DNA of 63,936 nt, the filler included, from Ministeria vibrans ATCC 50519 (lineage: Eukaryota; Protista; Filasterea): NCBI GenBank assembly GCA_943704425.1. It is 12 parts of 12 records of this genome, joined end to end, with 100 filler letters (N's around TTAATTAATTAA, not from the genome) between each part and the next. Parts side by side here need not be neighbours in the genome. Positions count along the whole stretch, not along the records: positions 44,650 to 56,643 come from CALSCP010001965.1; 11 more parts are not named here. One strand, written 5' to 3'. The position numbers were made by a program, and so were the translations under genes. The notes beneath the pieces are model-generated. The model saw only the letters and a list, made by a program, of their open reading frames with translations. It made no database searches and had not been told where the DNA came from. Of this stretch, positions 44,650 through 56,743 are shown piece after piece (position 1 is the first letter of the stretch; every line of letters begins with the position of its first letter).

Positions 44650-47600
44650 TTTCTTCTTATCCTGACGATGCAGCACTACCAACAGGATCAACATAGCGCA
44701 GACGGCAAGTACAATGGAAACAGAGATGATGATCACGTTGCGATTGTTCGAAGAGGTGTCGGGAGCAACAAAAAAGGCAGTCACAGGTTCGCACAGGGTC
44801 ACAGTCATGGTGTTGCCCGAGGTCGTGGGGCCGGCACAGGGGGTAGCCTGCACCCACTCGGAACCATCCGCCGAGGGTACATAGAGGGCGTACTTGCCAC
44901 TCAGCGTCTCGGTTGACGTGAGCGTTAGCGTCACACCGGCTTCGCGCGTGACTGTCGTGCCCCGGAGCGTTTCAAGAGACACGCGCATCACCGACTCGCC
45001 GTTGGGGGTCTTCGGCAGAGCCGAGTCGTTCACCCCGCCCGCGATGGTTACCTTGGACACCTGGTAGTCACCCGCTGCGACATTGGGCACCTGTGCTTTC
45101 AGCTGCGTGAAAGAGACCGGTCCACTTGGCTCCAGATCAAGAGCGACGACCGACGTTCCAGACGACGGTGGAACCACACTCGTCATGGGCATACCATTGA
45201 CCACAGCAAAAACAGCACCGTTGCTGCGACCGTACTGCACCAGACTTGCTGCATTGGTCACACGCACGTGACAGTAAAAATAGACATTGTCCACCGAAGC
45301 GACCAGATCCGCGGCGCTCAGCATCGCGTGCTGCACCGTCTTGGTGCTGTCCAGTGCAAAAGGGGTCCAGGTCGAGCAGTTGGCGCGACGCGATGTCAGC
45401 GCAACACAAACACTCACGTTGGTAATGGGCGTCAGATCTTCGACCACCGTGAAACCGCACGGCACTCGCTTGTCTTTTCCCAGCAGCACAGTCACATCAG
45501 TCGCACCGCGTCCCTCCCACACAGTCACAGCTGGACGCGACCCATCCACTATGTACGCCTTGGCGGTGCGTGCGCACGACGCCACCGGAGTGCGCAGTCC
45601 AGTCGTTCGCTGCCAACACGCCTGAACCCGCACCGTCCGTCCGGCCAAAGGAAACACCGTCGTCACATTGACGATGGCATCAAGTGAGCCACTCGCCGCC
45701 TCGGCAAAGATCCACTCGGTAGCCTCGACGCCAGTGGCAGCGTCAAACGCATTCAGTAATTGTGTCGCATTGCGTGTCGTCGACAGCCCACCAGCGACAC
45801 TCAGAACACGGTAGGCGACACCAGCCAGGTCGTTCACGTCTCCCGCATCCGCACGCAGCTCCACCGCCAGCGACTGTGCATAAATGTACTGCACCACATC
45901 GTCCACAGTCTTGCCATAGCGATCGCTGCCCAACGCATCGCCCACCACCGCTGTACCCGACGCAGGCACACCCACGTCCGCCACCGCACTCACGGTAAAG
46001 GTCCGAGTAGTCGACACACCAGCACCGTTAGTTGCAGTGACGGTGAGCGAACCACTCGCCGCTGTTGTGCCAGCGGCCAAAAACGCCGAAAGAGAGCTGT
46101 TGCTCGAGCCCGACGCCAGCGGCGTGCCACTCCAGTCCCACGAGACAGATGACGAGTCGACGCCACTCTCATCGTCATCAACCATAACTTGCAGCACAGA
46201 AAGGCCGCCCGTCTCGTTGCTCACCGAGAATGCAGTCTCAATTACGTCACAACTGACACCAAGCGAATTACACAGCGACACAGATGGTGCACTCGTGTCA
46301 ACCACCAGACTGTTGTTGGCAACGACACGTCGGCAACCATCGACACCATTTACAGTGCAGCACTGTACAGACACACCATAGAGCACACCCTCAAGCGGGA
46401 AGGCGGACGCGTCGTCAAGCACCACAGAGTCGCTCGTCTGTGGCGAGGTCATGGACACATTGCCGCGCGTGCAGTCACTGTAGTCGGTGTGGGCCGACGT
46501 GCCATTCACTGTCGTCAGGCACACCGTGCACGTGAGACAGCCTGCCGCTGCAACACACGGCGAACGCGCAAGAACGAGCGCATTGCCCGAGCGATTGTAG
46601 TAGTGTGTCGCAAGTCGAGAAGGGTCGGTCGAGGGTACGGAACCCTCGAGCCACACCGCGAACGCATCGGGCTTGTCCGTCGAAAGCCAGTCAAAGCCAG
46701 GTTCGCCCTGAGTCGGTGTCACACCATCCGACACGGCACAGACGCTCAGTCCGGCAGGATTGAATCCGCACACGTGGATGTAGTAGGTCACTCCGTAGGT
46801 CAGACTCAGCTCGGTAAAAGCAAAAGTGTCGGTGTCTTCAAGGAAGCGCGTCCACAGCGTCTTGTTGGCAAAGATGTCAGTCACATCACTCGACGTGCTC
46901 CACGTCACGTCATACTTCATGAATAGCCCACCCGCTCGACGGCCCGGCACATAGTCCAGCGACCCAAGAAGACTCGTTGAGTTCTGGGACTTCACACTGG
47001 GCAGTTCTCCAATGGCGGCAATCGTCGCCTGCAAAGGGGCACTCTCTGCATCAAAAAATCCCTCCCACGTAAACGCAAGTGACGTCAGGTAGCCCTGAAC
47101 GTCAATGTCTGTGCCGCCAAAGCCATCGCTGACCGTGCCCGCTGTAGGAGGCGTCGTGTCAAGCAGGGTACCGCGGTTGCACTGAATCGCACTGTACAGC
47201 GACCCGCTGTCACGCGCACGCATACACGACACAAGACGCACTCCAGTGGGCAATGCACCAGTGACGGTGTCCAGTTCAGCGTCGCTCAGTCGAGCAATAC
47301 CACGCGCCACATCATCGGCGGGGATGTTGCGGAAAGGACGCACCTCCGTTCCGCTGAGTGTCCCCACGTAGTGGGCTCTCACTGTCGCGGACACATCGCT
47401 ACCTCCTGCGCTGGGCCACTCCGTCTCGGTGCCTTCTTGTGGCACACCATCCGATACCGAGAACACAGCCAACTCCAAGTCATACAGCGAATTGACGTCG
47501 ATGAACTGATCAAAGGCAATAAAGATGGCGCTCGTGTTGCTTGAGAAGGAGTCGTTTGTGCCGTGAAGACTGCCCGTATACAGAGTGCCTGCTTCGGGCG

Positions 47601-50600
47601 CAACCGTGTCAATAAACACCTCGTCAAAGCCGTTGGCAAGGCTCGGCGTTGCCGTCATGTTCGTCGACGATTTGCTCACGACCTGACCCACACCATTCGA
47701 GATGCGCACTGTCGCAGACACACTCACACCGTTGACACCCACTTGCGCGGTGTTGACCACACCCAGACTACACTCGTCCACGGGGAGTGCAATAGGCCCG
47801 TACACGTCAAAGGCATTCGGTACACTGGAAATGCCCCACTCACAGCTGACCACGGCACTCTCGGGGTCAGAAACGGTCCACGTCACTGAGAAGACGGCTG
47901 CTGAGGCCGTCGCGCCCGTGCTCGACACAATCACCACATCCGTGTCGAACACAGGTGGTGTGTCATCCACCGAAAAGGTAATCGTCTTTTCCGCACCCCA
48001 TTGGTCCAGGTAGTCCTTGGCCAGGGCGCGCACAATGTACGAAGCGCCGTGCACCAGCGATACCGACACATCGCCGGCACCAAAGCACGAACCCCCCTCC
48101 GAGCTGGCACGCGCTGCCGTGCCATTCACACTCGCACCTTCGTTCACAATCTCTTCAATTAGTGTCCCACCCGACGTTTCCAGGCGCAGCTTCACCGCGA
48201 GAAGCCCGCTTGACGTATCCTGTGCATCGCGCCAGTTCACACACAAGTGTTGCTCAAGCACACCCTCCGTCGAGTTCACCAGGACCGAATCAGTTACGGC
48301 AGTGCCATTGACAAGGAATTCTTCGGTCAGAGTGCCAAGTGATGCAGGCTCAGTGTCCAGCTGCACGCGATCACTCTGTTCTTCCGATACCATCCCGGCG
48401 CCATTTTCGACGTAGACACGCACAAAGTACACATGCCCGTCTTCGAGTGCTGACGATCCGCTCACACACAGCAACGCCGCATCAGCACGTAAAATCACCC
48501 CCGTTCCAATCACCGTCGCGTTTCCACCGTACATGTCCACTAAAAAGAGTCAAAAATGCATTCATAATAATAATTAGTAAAAGCTAGTTCTCTTCATTTT
48601 TTTTTACCAAGATCCCACGAGACGGAACGAACACCCGTCTCGGGATCGCTGGCAAACTGTGTGCTGAGAGCCTCCACACAGATTTGAGCAGTAGTCGTCT
48701 GGAACAGTGTGCCGCGCACAGGGGCTAAAGCGCTTTTAACCTCCAACTGAGACACAACGGCAGGAGTGTCGTCCAAGACGAAGGGCTCGCTGCCGGTAAT
48801 GGTACGCTCAAGGCCCGCGTTGTTTGTCGCCACCACTGTCAGGTAAAGCATCGTCGAGGGCGGGCCCAGCTGCGCGCGCGCCATCGGGAGCAGGTGCGCA
48901 CGACCTACGCTCACATTGGCAATGATGTCGTCTCCTCCAGCGCTTGTGCCAACGCTCACAACAAAGGTATTCACACCCGACTCGTCGTCTACAATATCGC
49001 GCCATGCAACGCACGCATCGCTTCCACCATCCACAAGCGTGGGCACAGTCGGCCCGGCCTCGTACCAGTCCACTGCAATATTCTCGCCAGCACGGCGCTC
49101 AAGGTACGCCGTAATGTTGCAAGCGGCAATCAGATCGCCAGAGGTGGGAGGCGTCATGTCAACAATCACTCCATTGCTAAATGCCTCGGAGACTTGTTCG
49201 GCCCGATTCGACGCGCGCACACGCGAGTACACAACGTTACCATGTACGTATGCCTGCGACAATGTGACACACGCCGCTCCGCCACCACTCATGTCTTCGT
49301 TGTGCTCAATCGTCACAGAGTCGCTCAGCACACTTGATACAAGGCCTGAGATCGGATCGCGCAGAACCATGTCAAGCACGTAGGAGGCAAGGCCGACGGC
49401 GACGTGCGACGAGAATCCATTCCACGTCGCACACACTTCCGTCCCACTGCTGAGCTCGGACACATACTCTTGGTCGGTGGCGCCAGTGCCGTCCAACACA
49501 ATGCCCACCCTGGGCCCGCGCAGCACGGCAATCGTGGGGGGTGCCTGTAACCAAGCCGACAGCAATCCGGCGCCATTGAGTGCACGCACCTCGACGCGGT
49601 ACGTTGCAAGATGCTCCAACGGCAGGCGAGCGCAGTAGAAAGCCAACGGAAGACTCAGAAGACCGCTGTCAAGCACCGTGGTGACGCCTTGCGATGCGAG
49701 AGAGCGCGAAATACGTACCTGATACGCTGTCAGGCCACTCTCATCGTCGGAAAACCCAAAAGCAATGCACAGGCGCAGCGGAGTGGTGACAAAAGGATCG
49801 CTTGCATTGGGGCGCAGACCCAACGCATCGTAGTTGTCGCGCGAATCGGCCGCCGTCACCGACACGTACGACGAACTGGGTGGCGTGTAGTCATAGAGAA
49901 ATGGCTGACTAGAAGCATTTGTGGTCAAGTCAACCAAGTTGGTCGCGGTCACGTCGGCGCGGTACTGGCGTCCTCCCACAAGAGTGAGGCCAGTGAGGGT
50001 GACAGAGCGTGCGTCACCATTGCGACTCGCTACTTCAGCTTCAAGTGACAGGACGGGACCGGCCGGTGTGTCGGCAAGCACGTCCACAATGGCGACGGTC
50101 ACCAGGCGGAGTTGAGTCTCGCGCGCAGTGTCCTCGACAAACGGCAGCCAGGCCACAGGCAGCTGGTCGGTGAGTACATTGACAAAGCCAGCGCCCTGGG
50201 GAAGCCACACTCGCTGTGCCACGGGGGCCGTTGTGTCAATGGTGACAGGTCGTGATGAGACACTCGCCCAGTAGTTGCCCGTGGCACGAGCACGTACACT
50301 TGCATAGTATGTGTTGGCCTGTTTCAACGCGAGACCCGTCCAATGCACACACAAAAGTCCATCGCTAAAGGTCGTTTCCTGCGTTGTCGCATCCAACGCT
50401 GCAAAGTCAACAACATCGCCCAGATCGGACGACGTGCCAAGCGCCGCTTCATACAGCTCGATCGAAGTGCCAAGTGAGGCGAGAAATGGTTCGAAGCAGA
50501 CACTCAAGGCGCTGGAGTCGGACTGCATGTCTACCGCTTGGCCAATGGTCCGGCTGCCGACAGGTGCCACCACAAGTGCGCTTGTCTCGGGCACGTCTCC

Positions 50601-53600
50601 CAGAACAAAGCCGTCCGAGTGCGTGGCAGAGACAAGTCCCATCGAGTTGGAAGCGTTCACCGTCACATAGTAACGCTGGTCGGCCACGAGCGACAGGCCA
50701 GTGAACGTCATATTGGTTGCCAGACCAGTTGACTGCATGGGATGAATGTCGCATAGGTAGGGGCTTGTGCCAACACACGCATGATAGCCCACAATATCAG
50801 ACTCGGGCTCGACAAAGCCGACGCGGTTCGGGTCAATGCCAGCTCCAAAGGACGCACCCCAGCTGCGAGACAGAGCTTCGCGACGGGGTCGTGCGTACAC
50901 TAACACTGTCGAGGGGTAGGTGGCACCACACACGTTCGTGCCATCACTGGCAATGCATGTCTGTGGCGAGCCAATGTCCGACACGCGGACGATGGGCGTC
51001 ACATGGGCAAGGGGAGCGCCAGCCTTGTTGGCGACTTGAAGCCAACGCAACCACTCGGAGTCGACAAGGTCCAGCATGCCCACGCCTGTGGGACGCGTTG
51101 CTTCAACCGCTCCACTAATCAGATGCACGGTGCGATTGCCTACAAGCACACGCGAACCGATGTCCACCGTGTTGCTTGTGTCAACAGAGGAGCGACCAAT
51201 TTCGCTGGCAGACACGACAAAATTGTCCTTTATCCACGCAGGGACAAAGGTTCGCTGCACACGACACGTCTTGAACACACGCGCTGTCTCGGTGGCCGCA
51301 CATTGCGTCGCCGCCACACACGAGGGCTTACTCGTGCCATCCGCACCCGCACACTGCGCTTGGCGCAGCTCCTCAGTCGTGCTGCAACCACGCGCGAGCT
51401 CAGTGCTGTTTCGTGCGCTAGCGTGCAGCTCGCTTGTGCTCCACACCTGCAAGGTACAGTTGCGCAGGCGTGCCGTGAGGTATCGGTCCGTCACCTGATA
51501 GACACTGACGTAACCTGCCGTGCTGCCACACGGTTCGCCACCGCAACTGGCCGAGCATGCTGCACTGGTTGAAGCACGCGTCATCAGTGTGACAGCCTCA
51601 CCCGCACACGCACACCATCCTGAGGGTCTCATCACTGCGTATGGAGCAATTGAAGCACACGCGGTGATACACGCCGCTGGGCTAGCCTCATTTTCGCCGG
51701 CAAGTGTCACGTTGGAGCGTGACGACACTATCGCAACTTGGTCTTCGAAGCATGCTTGCTGGTCCAGCAAAGCGCCAAATGCCCCACCAGTTGCATCAGC
51801 AGTGGCCATGCCGTCCGAGAAAGGCGACGCTGAGGTCTGTGCCGCCTCCCATTTGGTGTACACTGAGGCATAGCGACCCGATGCATCGCCGCACAGAACA
51901 CCCGGGTCACTTGTGCATGGAGTGACGCAGAACGCATCAAGGGTACGTGAAATGTCGCTGGGCAACGAAGAAAAGCAGCGACACTGTCCACCAGAACTCA
52001 AAGCATACGAGACGGAGCCAGAACAGGTAGTTGCACACGCCGAGGGAGTGCTTTGCGTCGCAGAGGCAGAATTTGTGACCGCACTATCGGTGCTCCCCTG
52101 CAGATCGTAGCAACCACGATATGTTGCTCCCACATGCGCGTACACAGAAGTGTAGCCATCGGCACCACCGCACTTCTGACTCGCATCTGCCGCGCAACTC
52201 GTCTCCAACGAATCGTCGCACGCAGTCAGCATGGAATCGATACCATTGGCACAGAAGCAGCCGCCACCGGGTCGCACAAGAGCGTATGCAAGGCGGCCGC
52301 CACGACACGCGGCCACACACTCACTAGCTGTTGTCATGGGCGATTCGCGCACCAGAGTGTACAAGGTCGTTTCGCGCGTCGCATTGCCACAGAAACAACC
52401 CACATTGTCCTTGACGGAAGAAAAGGGCTCATTCGCCTGATGTACGCACCACCAGCTGCACACCACTTCGTCAATGTCCTGCGGCGCCCAAGCCACATAG
52501 CTAAACTCCGAGTCGGCGAGGGGAGACAGCGACGAATTTGAGCTCACTTGGGCAAAGCGGTAGAGAGCCCTCGCAAAGTGAGTGGTGTTGACAAGGCTGC
52601 CGTCGCTCTCAAGCGTGAGCGACACCCGGTCACGGAAGCACTGGCGCGTTGGGTATGGCATCTGCACGTCATAAACAGGCGGCGAGTTTGCATTGCGGGT
52701 ACACAGAGACGCGGCCGCCTGAGTGGTTGAGCTGGGCTGCAACGAGGGTGTGCGCGTGGAGGAGCTGGAAGCCATGCAAATCGAACGACCATTGTCGTCG
52801 ACGGTGCAATAGCGACTCGCACAGTCGCCGTGTTCGTTGCAACTGTAGCCAAGAGGAACAGAGCCTTCCATCCAAACACACGTGCCATCAGGACGAAGCA
52901 CGTCGTCGCTCGAAGCGCATCGGAACGCACTCAGAACCTTTGACTCGTCTATTGTGCCGTACACTTCAACTTCGCTGAGGGGTAGCGCACTGGGGCTCGT
53001 GTGCTCGAGCCGCACCGTATAGACGTTGTCTATGGGCGCGCTGGGCACCCAATCATGGTAGAACTTCGCCCCCGTGAGAGCCGGCGACGTCTCCAGGAGA
53101 TTTCCTTTGCGATCGAGAAGCTTAATGACAGCGCCCGAGACAAGGCCGGCCTGGCACGTGCCACCGCCGCCTTCACAGTTGTCCCACGCTACCCACACGC
53201 GAATAGAGTGGACAGTGCTCACGTGGCGAAGACTCGTCTGCCACCAAATGTCACCATTGCCCAGTGCCGTGGGTGCTGTGCGTGCGCCTCCCCCCGAGTT
53301 ACGCGGCTCATTTCTCCCGTCCACACCATACACTGCATCTGCTCCATTTCCGCTCTGGCTGGCAAATCCACCAAGCGCAACGTTGTGACCCTTCGTGCCC
53401 GACCGAGTGCGCACTTCCACTTCGGCAATCGAAAGTGCCTGGGTGTTGGGCGCCCACAGACGGATGCGACGAGCAAGAATAGGCGTTGAAAACACGAACT
53501 CGGTAACAAAGCGACCCTGACCATTGTGAGACCATAGGGTAGTTGGAACTTCATAGTACACCTCGGTGAATGCGCCGTTGATCCATCGGTACATGGCTAA

Positions 53601-56600
53601 GCGTGTGGGATTGGGAGGCTGTACACCGTTGCTGATTTCGTGAATAACACGCACAAACGAGACGTACATCTCGCCGGTGTCATCGACAATGCCCAGGTCG
53701 CGCGACAAATCAATGTCAAGATTCACAATGCCAGTGGACGGACCAACATTAGCGGTGAGCAGCCCGACATTGACATTGCCGTCAATCACACTTCGAAGAA
53801 CGCCGAGATTGAACGGCGCAACGCCCTGGCGAATATTGTGAAGAAAACCCCACCAGATGCGGCGATTGTACGCAGCATTGGACAAAATCGCACGATCGTA
53901 CGTTAGGTCCACTTCACACACACTGTTGGTACACACAAGGCCAGGCAAACAGGGCGAAGACAGTGACATGGTGCAACTCTTGCCAATGGGCACTTCACCC
54001 AAACTCCAGACGCACATAGAGGTGAGCGATGTCGTGCCATGGTTTGTGTCCGCTGGCGAGGGACAGACGCGCGAGCAGACGCCACTAGAGCAAAACAGAC
54101 CAAACTCACTGTTGCCCACGTTCATGCAATCAGCATCGGTTGTGCAACTTTGCCCAAGGGAGTGTCGCACGCTGTCCACGGCGCACCCAAAGGCATTGCT
54201 GGACGATGTGCCACAGTCGAGTGCATACGCGACTGCTGTCCGAGCAAATTCGTCAAGGGTCACGTTGCCCACACACGACTGAATGGTCACGATGGAGTCG
54301 CCCTCAACAGCCGCGTCGATCAACATAAACTCATCGACAGCCATGCGGCCCCACAGCGGCGATCGCATGTCGCTGTGAGTGTCTTCAAAGGTACCCGAGT
54401 TGTACTGGTCACGCGCACCAAAGGAACCACTCGCGCCCGTCAAAAGCGACAGCTGTGGCAACGACCACGACGCCGCGTCAACATTACTAAAAGTACCCAT
54501 CAAGTCCCAGCCGCCACCGCCACGCTGCATCTCGCAGGCAGTCACGACCAGTTGTCCGGCCGACAGGTCCAGGATGTACAAGCCACTGGGCACATCGGAA
54601 AGGGTCTGTGTGCCATCTTGTGCCAGTTGGCTAGCAAGAGCGTCATTACAGCTCGTTCCGTCCGAGTGCAACTCAGTCTGAGGTGTCAAGAAGAGTTCAC
54701 CGGTGTGAGAGTGAAGAATGGCGACGGGCGCTGGTGCCACCGAGTCTACACTGGAAGAATTGGTGGTCGCATTGGCCGCCAGATCGGCCAAGGGTATCGC
54801 ATCGGCACTGACAATACTTTCGGGTGCCCATGACGCAGAGCAAGTATCGTTGCGCACGGTGAACTCACGGTCGTGACCCAGGCCATCGAGCACAATGCCA
54901 CGGTAGGGAGCGGTACGGTCGACTAAGACGCCATTCGTGTACACGACCGTCTTGAGGAGAGCACGCGAATAGCCATGTACCTGCGCAATCACACGTTGAC
55001 CACTGGGAACGTTCAGATCGTCTAGGTTATCAAAGCAGTACGACAAAAACTGCGCGCCAGTTGAGCTGATGTCAGGCGCGACAAAGGTGACGCGTGGAAC
55101 AAGGTTGGCCTCGCCTCCAAAGAAGGCGTCGCCCAAACCCACTTCGTAGTGTGTCACGCCGCTGATGGACTCATTGAAAGGAGCCCAACACACACAGATT
55201 GTTGAAAAGACAGTGACAGCATTCAGGTCGGGGGCGGCGCATTCGGCATCGAGCGAGTCCTTGATTTCGCCGGGAGTCGGTGGGAAAGGAGCAATGGTGA
55301 AGGCATTTGACGACGCCGTGCTTGTGAGACCCGCACCGTTGGTGACAACAGCGGTCGCGTAGATGGGTACGCCATATGGAAGGCTAAGTCCCATGACAGC
55401 CGATGGAACAAGGAAGTTGCGCGAGGAGATGGGATCGACGAGATCGGCGAGTCCCGCCGCCGTGCCCCAGGTGTACGACACATGCAAGATGCCCGACTCG
55501 GGGTCCACCCAGCCTGGAGCAGACGCACACGCTTGCGACTGCAGGGCGGTGAAAGTAGCATCGATCTGGGGAAAGCAGCCGTCGAAGACTAGGGCGATGG
55601 GTGCGGGAGTCGTGTCGATGTAGAAGCCATTGCTGAAGGTAGGCTCGCCGACCACGCCTGCGCCATTCTGGTAGCGTACAAAGCTGGCGACACGAGTGTT
55701 CTCAGGCAGCAAGGTGCCATTGGTGAGATGGTGGCACACTTCTCGGTCGGTGTGTGACTCGAGACGAGTGTAATTCAGCAGGTCGTAGGGCACGACGGTG
55801 TAGGTACGGGTGGTGACAGAGCAATGGCAATTGGTTGCGTTAAACGTGAAGACTTCGTCGCAGCGGCGCACAATAGTCAGCGCATCTGTTTGTTCGAGAA
55901 TACCGTCGGCCTTGCCAAAGCAGTCGCCATCAGTGACCTCGGTTGTTACCTGCACGTCTTCGTTGCTACGCGTAAACACACGAATTCCCCACTCGATCCA
56001 ATTGATGCCGCTGACGATGCGTGAGGGGGTGACAAAACGAGCACACACCACCGTGCGATTCGCTGTGTATGCCAGATCGCCTTCGCCCGCTCCGTCATAG
56101 ACAGCAACCACAGAGGGTGTTGCAACGTCAACCGTAAAGGGAGGCGCAAAAGAGGTCACGTAGGTATGTGCGCCGTTGAGGGCCTCGACAAAGCAGTAGT
56201 ACACAATGCCGTGTACAAGAAACAGGTCATCAAAGTAGGCGTATGTGTCAGTGGGAGTGATTGAGATGACACCAACAGTGGTAACAGGGAGGGTCACGGG
56301 AACCAGGTAGGTAGACAAGGCCGGGAGGGTAGCACACGCGAGGCGCACCGTGATGATGGCACTGACATTGTCGGAAATGCCACTCAGCTGGAGTGTAATG
56401 TTGTTCACCAACGGCGTGTAGAGAGCCTCCTCGTGAACATTTTCGTGGGCGGTCAAAACCGTGACCTGACCGATTTCTGCAGTGGTCAAGTCTACAGTGA
56501 TGCCATCAGACCAAAGTTCGCGGGTAAGACCAGCAGCGTTCCGTGCACGCACACCGTAGTAGCGGGTGTCGCGATGCTTGAGTTGCACACGCTGGAAATC

Positions 56601-56643
56601 CAACAAGGTGAAGCCAACAAATGTCCATGGTTTCACATCGGGG
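44650..56643 (-). CDS. Giant (~4000 aa) type I membrane protein: FN3-like 'DxTPP' repeats, fibrinogen/intelectin-like, F-type-lectin-like, WSC domains, TM; both ends truncated
   Basis: The 2680-aa and 1312-aa ORFs are joined in frame by one 68-nt GT-AG intron (48607-48540). Repeated SxG(F/V)xVDxTPP...W..F.D.ESG(I/V) modules, and a TM segment VIIISVSIVLAVCAMLILLVVL followed by HRQDKKK. Confidence 0.9.
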
Positions 56644-56743
56644 NNNNNNNNNNNNNNNNNNNNNNNNNNNNNNNNNNNNNNNNNNNNTTAATTAATTAAN
56701 NNNNNNNNNNNNNNNNNNNNNNNNNNNNNNNNNNNNNNNNNNN

